A stretch of 64,000 bases of DNA from Octopus vulgaris (GCA_951406725.2 OX597834.1:18352001-18416000), one strand, 5' to 3'; positions 24,272-38,500 are shown, counted from the first letter of the stretch. Translations and numbers: made by a program. The notes: generated from the sequence alone by a model not told the origin.

Positions 24272-24468
24272 TATATACATTTATGTATGTATGTATATAG
24301 ATGTGTATGTATTTGATCTGCTTCTTTCATTTTCCTCTATCAAATCCACCCACTAGGCTTTGGTCGGCCTAAGGCTATAGTAGAAGACACTTGCCTAAGG
24401 CCCTACGCAGTGGGAGTGAACTCGGAACCATGAAATTGTGAAGTAAACTCCTTACCAGACAGCCAGGG
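23930..24468 (-). mobile_element. Full-length SINE family C with expanded internal microsatellite
   Basis: Both halves recognisable around a (TA/CA)n expansion at about 24150-24310; preceded by (ACC)n(ACT)n at 23860-23927. Confidence 0.88.
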
Positions 24469-26619
24469 CATATACAGCTAGAAATTATATGGGGGAAAGC
24501 AAAATTGAGTAAATCATTCTTTGGTACTTATTTTACCTACAATCAAAATAATGATTTTTAACACAGGCACATGGAACAAGGCCACACGTTTTGAGGGAGG
24601 AATGGATGTTGATTAAATATAGACATCAGTGCTACGAGGTGAAGTGACATAACCAAAATACTGCAAGGTATTCGGTCAGGTGCTCAACCGATTCTTTTCA
24701 TTTACTACCCTTATCTCTCCTCTAACGATACAAGGTCTCAAATAACCAATGTCAGTACTTAATGCGTGTTTGGGAGAGCTAACGAGGAGATCTCTCTGTC
24801 GAGGTCCTTCAACATCTTAGAAATGGTAATCTCGCCAGGTTTACAACCACTCACAACCTAAGAAAGAAAGAAGGAAACTCCTTAGAATATGTAGTACCAG
24901 ATACACTATGTCTAAGGGATGCTAGAAAACGAGCAAGAAAAAAAGACAACAAAACTTGCTAAAAGATCTGATGAAAGCAACTCGGGGATCAATAGCTATC
25001 GAGAAGTATTGCACGGGAACTTTGAAATACACAAGTTGATTTTTAAGTACGTAGTAAGACCACAGGGAGCGATACGAATATAATAATATAGCTGTGGTAA
25101 AATACAGGTAAGAGTCCTACATTCTAAATACAAATACGATCTGTTCTTACATACGTAATATAGTAAGTTGAAAACTTCGATCAACTCAGATTATACGAGT
25201 ACTTAGTTGACAAAAACGCTTAGCTAGGAAAATCTTATTAGGAAATGGAAAACTCCAAACTCAAACATCTGCAGTCAGACGAGTAAGGCTGTGGAAGGGG
25301 TTGGATTTGGTGTCTGTATCTCCTAATTTGATATTACTAAAGCTAAGAGTCTTTCATTGATAGACAATGGCACACGATTTCCTTTGGCAGACATTCGGCT
25401 AGGGCTTAATAACAAAGTCTTGGGGATACAGGAATAGATATAGTATGTTGGCAGGTCTATGGCTTTTTGTCCACTATATCTTGAAATTGAACTGAATACG
25501 TCACGGACAAGCCATGTCGTTAATTATCGGATTTATTTAGCCTTCTTCCATCATTGTGTTTCAAAGCTAATAATACACGGAGTCGCTGCTCTTCTGAAGA
25601 ATACTGTAGTCATTATTATTTACACCCTCAACCACATCTCCCCTTATACCACAAACAACGCTAAAAAGACTCGTTCGGAATTCTCAACTGTATTCCTTTG
25701 CTTACCAGTATCATTCAATTAAATCGACCTCTGTACTTAACTGGTACTGTAGTTCATTGACTCTCATTAGGATGTAAGTCAAATCCTCAATGGGATTTTG
25801 ACTTAGAATGTAAATGGCTGGAACTAAATACCTCAGTTATTTTTATTTGAAGCTTTAACTTTTCTGCCTGTCCACTACATGGTGAATGCTAAGTAATAGT
25901 GATAAAAACTGACTTCACTTTTATGTCAAATAGGTGGCCTTGCACATTTCAGCGTTGTGAAATTGCTCCATATATGATTCACCTCAGTGTGTCACAGTGT
26001 GTGATATGGTCACCGGCCAAGTGGAGTTATAGTATATCTGGCACAACAAATCTGTAGGTTGCACCAAGTTGTTCGGCCAACACACTTGTGTGTCATAGAC
26101 TTGGTGTAATACAAATACATCGCATGTGGCCTTAAATCTATGTAAGAAACCATTATTATTGTGAGCCAACAAAGGATCAAACAAAGGATCAATTACGTGC
26201 TCGTTCGACACCTACCAACTGGGAAGCGATACGTTTACAACGCCTTTGATTATAAATCTGCACGATCACAACTGATCTGCAGCTAAACAACAACAGTGGA
26301 TGGTGAGACAAATAGAAAACAAAACAAAAAAGGTAAAAGAAAGAAGAAAAATAAAAACAGGAGAGAATCAGAGTTATAGGAAGCTCTGTTTTGATTCAGG
26401 TGGCAGTTTATCCGAGCGTGAGAATTGTCGAATTCGTAGTTTTATTGTTTAAACTTTATTGTGTTTTAATTATTGTTTTATATAATAAAAAAACCCCTTT
26501 GTTTCTTAAATATTTATCAACACTTTTATTTGTTCGTTGTGTAACGTTTTTACTCTCCACTCGTGTTTATTTTTACTACATAAATTTTCCTTGTAGATCA
26601 ATACATTTTGTTTCAACGT

Positions 26620-27040
26620 TTAGAGCGTCGGGCAAAATGCCTTGCAGCGTTTGTTCTGGATCTTTAAGTCCTGAGTTCAAATATCACCGAGGTAAACTTC
26701 GCCTTTTGTCCCCCCGGAGGCAATAAAATAAAGTACTAGCCAGATACTGGAATTAATGATATCGATTAATTTTCTCTCCTCAAAATTGCTGCCCCTATGC
26801 CTAAATTAGAAGCAGTTATTTAGGGTGGTAGATTGGTAGAATCGTTTGAACACTGATAAAAATGTCTTGCGGTGTTTGTTCTGAATTGACATCACGCCTA
26901 TGTTAACTTTGCCTTTCATCCCTCCGGAGTTGATAAAATAAAGTACTAGCTAAGCAATCGGATCAATGTAATTAACTAAACCTCTCCCCCCCCCCGCCAC
27001 TAAAAATTGCTTGCCTTGTGCCTTAATTAGAAACAATCAT
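26620..27040 (+). mobile_element. Two degenerate tandem SINE family A copies
   Basis: GAGTTCAAAT, TTTGCCTTTCATCC and CAAAATTGCT...AATTAGAA motifs twice. Confidence 0.75.
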
Positions 27041-27575
27041 TATCATTAACCGCCTCATTTATCTATAGTAATCTAGTACTGAACAAAGAACATAGATTTA
27101 TATCGTTTCGTTAAAGAAATATCCGGTACTAACTATGTACTAACCGGATCTAATCTTATCTAAATTATCTGACAATGTGTCATTTATGTTTATATCCTAT
27201 ATGTAATTGAATATGTATGTATAAGTGTGTGTAACTGTATGTATGAATGCACATGTATGTATGTATGTATGTATGTATGTATGTATGTATGTATGTATGT
27301 ATGTATGTATGTATGTATGAATACAGTATGAAATGTATACTGTAGGGATGGTGGAAGCAGTTGGTAAAACTGGAAGGATGTTTATCACCAATAAAATAAA
27401 GATTGATAATGTTAACGATGAAAAAACATGGAAATTAAGAATTGAGTGAAATTCACTCTCCGCCACCCCAAACAACGTTGCTAGTCGACTCCCAGCTATA
27501 CGACCAAACACATAACTAAATATATGATAGAGTTGAAATAAAACAATGAAAGAAAAAAGAGAAATGAAGGAATAG

Positions 27576-27643
<68 letters not shown>

Positions 27644-27797
27644 ATGCATGGGTGCAATGTACGCCTCTGTGTACATATGTGTATACGTCCATGTGAACGT
27701 TGTGACCATGTGTTTGTGTTGATGCCATTGCTGATGTTATTGCGATTATTACTTTCAATTTTGTAATGTGTCGAATATTACACAAACACACACACAC

Positions 27798-27868
<71 letters not shown>

Positions 27869-28825
27869 AGCGTCTGTGTTTTGTGTGTGAATATATCTGA
27901 GCGTGTTGTTGGGAGTTGTATAGCCCATGGTCAGCACTATTCTAGCAAACCGATAAAGATCAAAGTCATTCCAAGCATGACTGTGACCTCTTTCTTTCAG
28001 ACAGTATATTCAAGGCCATCCAATGTCCTACCGGTTATAAGATAGTAGGGTGTGATTTGAGAGGGTTTGGCCACCTAGCAGACTGAAGTACCCACTTCGG
28101 ATCTTATGTATATGTTGGTACTGTTGTATAGCTACAGGTCAGTCATGATCGGTAGGTTATGATTTGAGGGAGATTTGGTTGCTGTTTCTGTTATATACAC
28201 GAATGTATATCTGGTTTACACACACACACACAACACACAAACACACACACACACAACACATACATACACACAACACACACATGCACACACACACAGACGC
28301 ACACAAACATACACACACACACACACACACGCACACACGTGGTCAGTTGCATTCGAAGCATCCCGCTGACCATGCATTTACACTATACCTGATATTGAAA
28401 AGTTATTCATGTCTTCATCAAGGCCAATGTATGTATGTATGTATGTATGTATGTATGTATGTATGTATGCATGTATGTATGTATGTATGTATGTATGTAT
28501 GTATGTATGTATGTATGTATGTATGTGTGTGTGCGTTTGTGTGCGCACGTGCATGCGTGTATGTATGTGTGTATGTATGTGTGAACGTGAGAGTGACTGT
28601 GTAGTTGCATATACAAGCGTCGATATATAGTTGTATGTTTACAACAGCCTGTAACATTTTTCAGTTTTGTGAGTTGTTTTTGTGTGTGTTTACAACATTT
28701 TTATGCAAATGTGTGTGTAAATGCATCTAATATAGTTTATTATATCTTTTGATGCTGTTGTTATTGGTATTTTTGTTTTTATTTTGTTATTATTGTTCTA
28801 ATAAGCATGCGCGCGCGTCTGTAAG

Positions 28826-28889
<64 letters not shown>

Positions 28890-29012
28890 AAGCAGCTTGT
28901 TACATTGTCATCCTTGTTGCTATTCTTGATATAACATGCATGTGTATGTTGCGTATTCCTGTGCGTGTGTGAGTGACGTGTGTGTGTATGTGTGTATGTG
29001 TGTGTGTGTGTA

Positions 29013-29044
<32 letters not shown>

Positions 29045-29168
29045 TGTTTGTGTGCGTGTGTGCATCATTCCGTACTTGTTATTCTTGTATGTGTACCTGT
29101 ATTTATTGCGTGTATAGTGTAAATATATGCACACATGCATATACATGTGTGCGCTCACGAACCCCCAC

Positions 29169-29210
<42 letters not shown>

Positions 29211-29419
29211 TGTATGGATGTTTTTGAGATGTTGGGGAGGTGTGTATGTATACAAACCATTCCAATGATAAGCGAACCAACCAACAACGTTAGCAGTGAG
29301 TCATAGATGTGTCTCCCTCGTTAAAGTCAAAAGAGTCTAATAATGGTCGTTGCCATGACGTCATGGTGATGAATGTGCATGGGTGGTGCGGTTCTATGCT
29401 GTGATGTTTTGAACTGTGC

Positions 29420-30317
29420 ATTGTCGGAGTTGTTGCTGTTGGTAGCGATGGTGGTGGTGGTGGTGGTGGCGGTCGTGGTGGCGGCAGCGGTGACGGCGGC
29501 GGCCACGATAGTGTTGCTGATGATACTAGTGATGGCAGCGGTTGTTGTTGTTGTTTTTTTTGTTATGGTGGTGGTGGTGGTGGTGATGGTGGTGGCGGTG
29601 GTACTGGTGGCAGCGGTGGTAGTGTTTATAGTAGCGATTATGGCGGTGGAGTTTTTGATTGTAGAGGTTGTTGTGGTTGTTGTGATGATGATAGTAGTGG
29701 TGGTGTTAGTCGTGCTCGAAAGGTGGTAGGGTGGGATGGTGGCTGTGGTCGGAGTTGATGGTGGTGTTGGTGGTGGTTGTAGTGATAGTGATGTTGATGC
29801 TAGTATAGGAGTTTATGGTGTTGAATGAGTGGTAGTGGTGTTATTGTTGTTAAGCTCCAAGTTAGCCTTATCCAAGAGTTCTATGATCAAAGTCGTTCTA
29901 ACCATGACTAACCCGGCTTATTTTGTTCAGTCTCTGTACTTCGATGACTAACTTATCTAATGTGATCTTTTCTAGAGGGAGATTTAACTGCTATTTCTAG
30001 TATGTCGAACCACCGTGCAGAGGCATTTTTGTTGGCTCAGCAGTGGTGGTGGTTTTGATAGCGGTGATATTGATGAAAGTGGCGGCGAGTAGTTATGAAT
30101 TGAATAACAGCTATTTTATAAACAATGCTTGTGTGTGTATGTGTGCGCGTATGTGTGCGTGCGCGTGTGTGTGTGTGTGTGTGTGTGTGTGAGTGAATGC
30201 ACGCGTATTTGTGCTGGTATCGGTATGTGCCAATATGAGAGCTGGTGCGTTTCTTTGTGAAAGACAAAGAGTTGGCAGGAGATAGTACGTAGATAGATAG
30301 TGAAACAGATAGATAAC

Positions 30318-30379
<62 letters not shown>

Positions 30380-31239
30380 TAAAGAGAGAATTCCTTGATC
30401 GCAGCATCCTTACCACCAGTTTCATCTCACCGCTTCTTCTAACATCCTCACCCCTATCAACCCCACTTTTACAACGACGACGACCACCACCACCACCATC
30501 ACCAACACCATCACCACCGCTGCCGCCGCCGTCAGCACCGCTTCCACCACCACCATCACCAACACCACCACCACCATCACCACCACTACCACCACCACCA
30601 CTACCACCACCACCAGTATTACCATCATCACTACTACTCTCACAAGAATCATCACCACCATCACCAGAATTATTCACCACCAAACATCATCATCATCATC
30701 ATCACATGAATCCCCATCATCGTTATGATTCTCATTGCTGTCGTCATAACCACCAATTCTGTCACAATTACCCATCATTAACACCATTACCAGTAGCACC
30801 ACAACCACCACCATCACCATCACCATCATCACCATCATCGACACCAGTGTCACCTCTACCACCGCAATCACCGCAGCCAATATCACCACACTTACCATTT
30901 CGATTGCCTACCACCGTCACTTCTAGCTTCACCACCATCACAACTACCACCATTATTATCGACACTACCGGCATTACTTTCGACATCATCACTATTTTCC
31001 TCACCACCTTTACTCCCAGCATCACCATCATCAACACAACCGTCAGCGCCGCTGCCATACCTATCACCACCATCATCCACAGCATCACCAGCAACGGCAA
31101 CACCACTACCACTTCACTCCCACCCCGTTACCACTACTACCATTATCATCATCACTTTTCTTATATTTTTTGTCTTTTACTTTCACTTTCACTTTCACTT
31201 AACTTTTCTATACTCTCCCCTTTCTTTTTGTCATTCTCC

Positions 31240-31285
<46 letters not shown>

Positions 31286-32060
31286 CTGTATATCTATCTG
31301 TCTTTTCGCCTCCCTACTTTGTACTTGAGACTCTTCCGGATTACATTACCTTCACTATTACCATTACCATCCATCGCAATCATCATCACTAACAGCCACC
31401 ACATACATTTCTCAACAAGGCAAACTTTATGCAGTTGCGTGACTTGCTAGAAATAGAAACCACACCACCGATACGTTACACTCCCACCATCATGAAAAAG
31501 GAGACATTGGATAATGTAATCCTGGATACCCATAAGAAGACACGATGGTCACGGTTGGAATGCTTTGATCTTAAATCCGCTCAATCAGGATAGACGTGGA
31601 GTTGAATAAATATCAGCCCTACTACAACAGCTCCCACCAGCATCGTCACTGCTACTATCATTACCATAAATGGGTTAATCACCGCCACTACTCTCCCCAC
31701 AACCTCTACAACCACCACAACCACCTCAACCACTACTACCATCACCACCATCATCATCAGCGTCAATAGAAAAAAAAAAGCCACTACTATAACTACCATC
31801 TCTTTATCAACATTACCATCATAATCATTACCCACATCACCACAACCACAACCACCACCACCACCACCACTTCTACCAACATTATCATCACCACCATCAC
31901 CACTATCACCACTTCTACCAACATTATCATCCCCACCACAACTATCATCATTACTATTAGCAAAACTCCCAGCACTCCACCACCATCGCAGTCACCACCT
32001 TCAGCATCAGCCTCCACTACACTTCCGCCACCATCGTCCGTATTACTATCGCCAAAGCCA
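29420..32060. repeat. Degenerate (GGT)n/(ACC/ATC)n low-complexity blocks
   Basis: 29420-29850 is GGT-rich; 30420-31150 and 31620-32060 are ACC/ATC-rich; source of the poly-V/G/T/H pseudo-ORFs. Confidence 0.9.
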
Positions 32061-32959
32061 CTTCCGTACGATTTTCCTTATCTGTTTATTATATATTATT
32101 ACTTTCATTTTCGTTTTCCTTTTTAATATCTCATGTGCTTTCTTCCCTCTCTTTCTCTTTACGTTCAACTTTTCACCTTTTTCTTTTACGTTATCTCTAT
32201 CTTCTCCCTCCCAATACACGGACTCACTATTTCACTTTCTCTTCATTCGTTCGTTCGTTCATTCATTCATTCATTCATTCATTCATTCATTCATTCTATT
32301 TTTCTTTTTATTTCTCTTCTCTTTTCTGTCTGTCTGTGTCTATCTGTCTGTATCTGTCTGTGTCTGTCTGTCTATGTCTCTTTTTCTCTCTCTCTCTCTC
32401 TAACCCACACTTTCTCTTTCTCTCTCATGCACACTCGGCGTACCAACTCTCATTCATTACATCAACAATAAAAGATTCAGTGAGTATGATACGTGTGAGC
32501 GAAAGAGAGAGAAATGGGGCGAGAGGAAGATAGATAGTCATGCCAAGAATGTGTATGTGCATAAGTGTTTGCGCGCGCGCGCGTTTGCATGTATGAACAA
32601 GCGAAGGAGCAAAGAGGATAAGGGCTACAGAACGCGAGACAAATAGGGAGAGAGAAAAAGGGTGAGAGAGGGATATGGTCACATCAGGAATAGTTTCATC
32701 AATACGCAACAGACGACCGGTGCTAAACATTCCAATGCGTGTGAAAGTATGCATAACTCTGCAGCTGGATAGACGTTACAAACAACTGCAAGCATGACAA
32801 ATATGTATGGCTTCTCGATAAATATTCATATGTGATATAAATCTTGGCTTGCACGCGTTTTAAAGTATCTCTGCTGAAATATAATGTTGATGCAATGCCA
32901 CTGTAAATTGCGTACCCGCATGGACAAGCGCCTTACATTAAAAAATAATTGTGTGTGTG

Positions 32960-32991
<32 letters not shown>

Positions 32992-33145
32992 AGTGCATAT
33001 GTATTTAGATAAATATATGCATGCATGCATGTATGTATGCATACATGTATGTATGTATTTATGTATGTATGTATGTATGTATGTATGTATGTATGTATGT
33101 ATGTATGTATGTATGGATGGATGGATGGATGGATGTTTGTATCTA

Positions 33146-33178
<33 letters not shown>

Positions 33179-33230
33179 GCTTGTGTGTGTGCTTATGTAT
33201 ATATATATATATATATTTATACATATATAT

Positions 33231-33535
33231 ATATGCATATATACATATATATATATATATTTATATTCATACATATACATATATATGTATGTATCTATGC
33301 ATATATGTATATGTTTGTATATGTATATATGTATATATATTATATATTATATATACACACATACATATGTATGTATAATATATAATATATATGCATATAT
33401 ACATATATATATTTATATTTGTACATGTACATATATATGTATGTATCTATGCATATATGTATATGTATGTATATATACGTATGTATATGTATATATGTAT
33501 ATATATTATATATACACACATACATATGTATGTAT
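33231..33535. repeat. About 155-bp tandem duplication of a complex (TA/TG) microsatellite
   Basis: Variant landmarks ATGTATCTATGCATATATG and ATATACACACATACATATGTATG each occur twice. Confidence 0.85.
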
Positions 33536-34027
33536 GTATGTATATAGCCTCACCGGATAAAATTCCTGTTTCACTGTATGATGTTCAACCGAGCCGATCC
33601 AAGTGGTTCTGCTGGGGAAATGTGGAGATACTAGCTTGACCTTGTGTCTGACGAGAGAAACGTTGTAGCACACCATCTGTAACTGACCAAAAGCCCCGAG
33701 AAAAAGGCCCTACAACGGGAGGCATGACTTGGTCTTGAGAGTCAAAGCAGACACTGTCTGCAGTGATATTAGCTATGACAGGCCCTCAACCCTACATTGA
33801 AAACTATCTCTTTTGTCAAGGCTGATGTGAAGATAGCATCTCCATGCCGACCTAGTAATTATCGTCTCTAATACCCAAGGCCATATATGGTGCTGATCAC
33901 GGAAGTACCTGAACAAGCAGTTCTGTCACAACTCTCCATTCCTTGGTAGGACCGTATTGAAGAGACAGAAATAAAATATAGGTATAAAATAAAATAAAGT
34001 TGAGGAGATAGGAACCAACACAACTTG

Positions 34028-34190
34028 AGAACCGATGTTGGTTTGTTTACGTCCCCGTACCTTAGCAGACCGATAGAATTAAGTACCAGGCTTTAAAAAA
34101 AAAAAGTACTGAGGTTGATTCATTCGACTAAATTTCTTCAAGGTGGTGCCCCAGTATGGCCGCAGTAGACTGAAACAAGTAAAAGAATAA
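34028..34190 (+). mobile_element. SINE family C, 3' fragment
   Basis: GTTTACGTCCCCGTA...GGTGCCCCAGTATGGCCGCAGT...CTGAAACAAGTAAAAGA. Confidence 0.85.
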
Positions 34191-34919
34191 AATTATATAT
34201 AATAAGAAGGAGAGAACATATCCATATACATACATAGAAACATATAGAATGATGTATATCTGTGAATGTATGTGTATAATTAGCCATAATTAATTGTAAG
34301 ATTAGCGATAATCAGTGCAATTTAAATTTGCCTCATGACATACTAAAGTTGAATCTTCATCCCAAACCATTACATTAAACAGAGCCATAAAAATGGAGTG
34401 TATTCAGCATTACAATAAATATTCAATCAATCCTTCTTGTATTACACATTCCAGACAGGGTTATTTATTATGAACAGCATTGCACAGTTTAGCATGAATA
34501 CATTCATTCGCTTTTGTCAATTATCTTTATTTCGTCTGGCTTTTGCATAACCGATATCCAATATCATACCAATGCCTTACATCACTTTGTTGTGGAATTC
34601 CAGTATCAAGTGACATTGATGAGGTGTTAGCTTGTCTCAATGGATTTTCACTTTGCAGCGATTCTTATTCTTCTTTGATATTACAATTTTCTATAGTTCT
34701 CATCGAGTGAAGGTTGTTCAGTTAAGTGGTTACATATTAAGACGTTTTATTTCTTCAGAATATTTAATGAGACACGTTGCGAGACTTAGAAAAGGTAATT
34801 ATGAAAGTAATAGATCTTCATCATAACCACACAAGTGTGGCATTATTACAGTTAAATTAATGCTGGAGAAAATCTCTTGCATTGAATTAAAATTAAAATT
34901 AATATACTAAATAAAATAA

Positions 34920-35265
34920 TGGTTTCAAATTTTGGCACAAGACCAGTAATTTTAAGGTAAGTTGATTACATCGACATCAATTTTTAAGTGGTAATTATTT
35001 TATCGATCCTGAAAGAGTGAAAGGAAAAGTCTATTTGCAATTATTAGATAAAATTGTTCTTCCTAATTTTGGCAAAAAACCCGCAATTTTAAGTGGGGTA
35101 GACAAGTCGATTACATCCACCCCCAGCACTCAACTGGTACTTGTTTCATCGACCTCGAAAGGATGAAAGGCAAAATCAACCTCAGCGAAATATGAACCCT
35201 GAACGTGAAGACAGACAACATACCTTTAAGCATTTTGTCTGGTGTGCTAGCGATTTTGCCAGCAT
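34920..35265 (-). mobile_element. Two degenerate SINE family A copies
   Basis: GGTTTCAAATTTTGGCACAAG tail motif and GAAAGG(A/C)AAA core motif twice. Confidence 0.8.
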
Positions 35266-35307
35266 ATTTTATACATACATGCATACATACATACATACAT
35301 ACATACA

Positions 35308-35341
<34 letters not shown>

Positions 35342-35343
35342 CA

Positions 35344-35404
<61 letters not shown>

Positions 35405-35587
35405 ATATGCATGCGGTATTCAACATAGATGAGGAAAATAATACTGGAAACTCCATATACACATTTGCCACCCAACCAAAATAAATAAATAAATAATAAA
35501 GAATAAATAAAAAGACCCCCTCCCTCCAAAATAGCAAAAAAAAAAAGACTATATCTCTGGAAACAGGAAATAGCACGTGAGACATTA

Positions 35588-35854
35588 GAGTTTACCTTTT
35601 CCTACAGAGATGTCTCAACAAAGACTAGGACTCTCTCACTCAAAGGCTATCCAGCCACCCAGCTGCTGGATTGCTGTTGACTCCACTTGAATTCATCCGC
35701 ACTTTGACAAGTTTTCTTTTTCGTTCTGTGTCGAACGAAAATCATCTTCCTTACCGCTTAGGCTTGCTAGTGTTGTCGGTTTAGTTGCTGACGCCCCGAC
35801 CTTGCAGCTGGTTGTGCAGAATTACATGTTACCAGTTGCATTATGAGTGGCCTG
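35588..35854 (-). mobile_element. Diverged copy of the RTE-derived element at 2780
   Basis: Minus strand CAGGCCAC...ACTGGTAACATGTAA...GGTCGGGG...CTAAACCGACAAC...GAGTCAACAGC...TCCTAGTCTTTGTT...TAGGAAAAGGTAAACTC is colinear with 2780-3105. Confidence 0.75.
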
Positions 35855-36209
35855 ATACATACAGATGCACACACCATACATGCATCCTCACATATTTATA
35901 CGTATATACACACACACCTACATGCACACACTATCTAAATAGATGCGTATGGACTTAAGCAATTTATTTTAGTCTATATAAACGAATTATTTAATCACTA
36001 ATAGAGCACAATACTCAATAGGCAGTCATTGCTATAGCTTAATATGTGAATTAAATGCTGTTTAGACATACTGGGTCTCTTCAGTTGCCTGCACCATTGC
36101 TATCAAATGTATGATGATACGAACGTTCGTTCGTACGTACGTTCGTTCGTATGCATGTATGTATGTATGTATGTATGTATGTATGTATGTATGTATGTAT
36201 GTATGTATG

Positions 36210-36442
36210 TATTTCTTTACTACCCACAAAGGGCTAAACACAGAGGGGACAAACAAGGACAGACAAACGGATTAAGTCGATCACATCGACCCCAGTGAGT
36301 AACTGGTACTTAATTTATTGACCCCGAAAGGATGATAGGCAAAGTCGACCTCGGCGGAATTTGAACCCAGAACGTAACGGCAGACGAAATACGGCTACGC
36401 ATTTCGCCCGGCGTGCTAACGTTTCTGCCGGCTCGCCGCCTT
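36210..36442 (-). mobile_element. Full-length SINE family A inserted in (TATG)n
   Basis: Near-consensus copy with TATG arrays on both flanks. Confidence 0.95.
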
Positions 36443-37215
36443 ATGTATGTATGTATGTATGTATGTATGTATGTATGTATGTATGTATGTATGGGTTGAT
36501 GCATGGATGCATGAGTGAATGAATTATGAACAGATGACTGGATGGATAAGTGAGTGTGTAAATGAATATATTAGTGAATGTACAAAAGATCATGATTCGA
36601 GAACAATTAGGGAGCAAAATTTATGATCAAAGAGCCTAAAGGGATAGAAAGAAAATGTTTTGAAATATTGAAGATCGTGGTAACAACTGGAGAAAATCAG
36701 TCACAGAGATTATAATAACAAGTTTGATTAAAAAGAAAAGAGCAAGTGAAGAGTGCTATTGAAAGAGTTAAAATAAAGCATGACTTGTCAGTAAGGAAAG
36801 AGCGTGACCGGAGAACAAAAAGGGAGTAGGATTCGATTTGACATGAAACAGCAGTTCATGCAATTAGGTAGTAAAGAACATTCCTTATTGGATTACAAGG
36901 AGCTCGTGATGAGTAAGTTGATGGATGAAAGAACATCAAAGAGTATGGACAATAAGATACAAGAAAGCAAAATGACGTTTAGATGGAGCTCAAAATACAT
37001 GATGGTGGAGGAAAAGAGTATCAGGTATGGGACAGAAGAGCTTCGCATAAGTTTCGTTAGTTTGGTCTTATAGTTCGGTAGTGTTTTACCCGAGCAACAT
37101 AAGCGTCCGGAATTCATATCGCGTCACTGAAGCTGAACTGAACATTTATTGATTCAGTTAATATTTCAGTAAACGACAGGGTGTGAAGGCAAAATTCAAT
37201 AGAATATGTGTGTGT

Positions 37216-37257
<42 letters not shown>

Positions 37258-37262
<5 letters not shown>

Positions 37263-37588
37263 ATCCAAACAAGAAAGCACAAAAAAAACACAACAACGCG
37301 AGGACGTGGAACAAATATAGTATTATTGGACGCTCAGTAAAGAAGGAAAGAAGGAGGGTTTAACGTTTCGAGCGGAGCTCTTCGTCGGAAACATAGGAGA
37401 AGGAAAGATCCAGAGAAGGGAAGACAGAGGAAAAAAAATCGCCAACGGTACACACGCGGTCACATTTTGAAAGACCGGATAAAATTGAATAAGGGTAGAA
37501 ATTGATGTTAATCAATTAAAACCTGTGGCCTAGCATATTAAAAAAATCCGAAGATTAAAATACTTTTTACATACAAAATTTAAATTTA

Positions 37589-37595
<7 letters not shown>
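37258..37595 (-). mobile_element. Penelope-like element terminal-repeat fragment
   Basis: Non-repetitive block between (TA)n tracts; carries a minimal hammerhead motif followed on the minus strand by CCAATAATA and a T-rich tail, as in PLE pseudo-LTRs. Confidence 0.6.
37358..37392 (-). ncRNA. Minimal type-I hammerhead ribozyme motif (PLE type)
   Basis: Minus strand: gttt-CCGACGA-a-gagc-tcc-gctc-GAAA-cg-TT-aaac; stem I 4 bp, stem II 4 bp, palindromic AACGTT in place of stem III. Confidence 0.6.
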
Positions 37596-37666
<71 letters not shown>

Positions 37667-38500
37667 TTATTCGAGATCAAAGTGAGTTCCAGACAGGAGA
37701 AGAGAGAACGCAGCCTAGAAGAACTAGAAACCAGGAAAGCAAGAAATGAGCAAAATTGGAAGGCGAGTAGCTAGCTAGATGAAAAATAAAGTAATACAAA
37801 AAGAAAGAAGCGGATAGAGGAAGAGCAGTATTGAAGAGCAATGTTGAAGAGTAATGAACAAGCGAAATTAGAGACTTGGCAACCAGTAAATGAGAAGTCA
37901 GCAGAAGTAAAGAGCAAGAAACTAGCGAAATTCAGGAGCACAGAGCGAACAAAATAGTAAAGCACATAGAGTGAGGTAATGGTTGGTCTGATTTGTGCAC
38001 AAAGTCGTGCCATCCTGCTTTGTAAACATCAAAGGCTAGAGATCCTTTGATCCTCATTGTTATATACTCGAAAATTTAGTTATTAGATATATGCCATATT
38101 TATCAAAGTCTTTCTTGATGTCTCATTGATTGTTTACTGAACTGAAGTGGGGTATGTATATATAGATCCTTAGAGACATCTACTTAATACCCGCTTCCCT
38201 ACTTAAATATCATTCTAGCATTAATATAATTTGATGTTCTTTCAGATGTTTACTTTTGTTTCTGTAAGCACAATTCCGGTTGGAGACATAATTTTGCTTA
38301 CCGCTGGTAATTATTTAACTCAACGAACGTTCGCCGCTAATGAATTTTAAAATGCATGGACTGCGCAACTGTCTGATTTCCCTCACTCCGTAATTCATCA
38401 GTGCTGCCCTCCAACTCCGCATCAAATAACATACGTGATTGTGAAAACTCATGTAATCGATTCGATTTTTATTTCGTAAGAACAATATAGTGTCCCAGAT

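Noticed and set aside
24965-25010. CTGATGA hammerhead-like start (also CTGAAGA at about 45025 and 63132)
   Set aside because: No properly placed GAAA and NUH with supporting stems.
29373-32017. Val-, Gly-, Thr- and His-rich ORFs resembling membrane or mucin proteins
   Set aside because: Products of degenerate trinucleotide tracts; no splice context or conserved domain.
35608-35700. Apparent + strand exon after TTTTCCTACAG with ATG
   Set aside because: The sequence is the antisense strand of the diverged RTE-derived element.
36804-37073. 89-aa charged ORF in purine-rich DNA
   Set aside because: Non-ATG start, low-complexity purine-biased tract, no recognisable homology.
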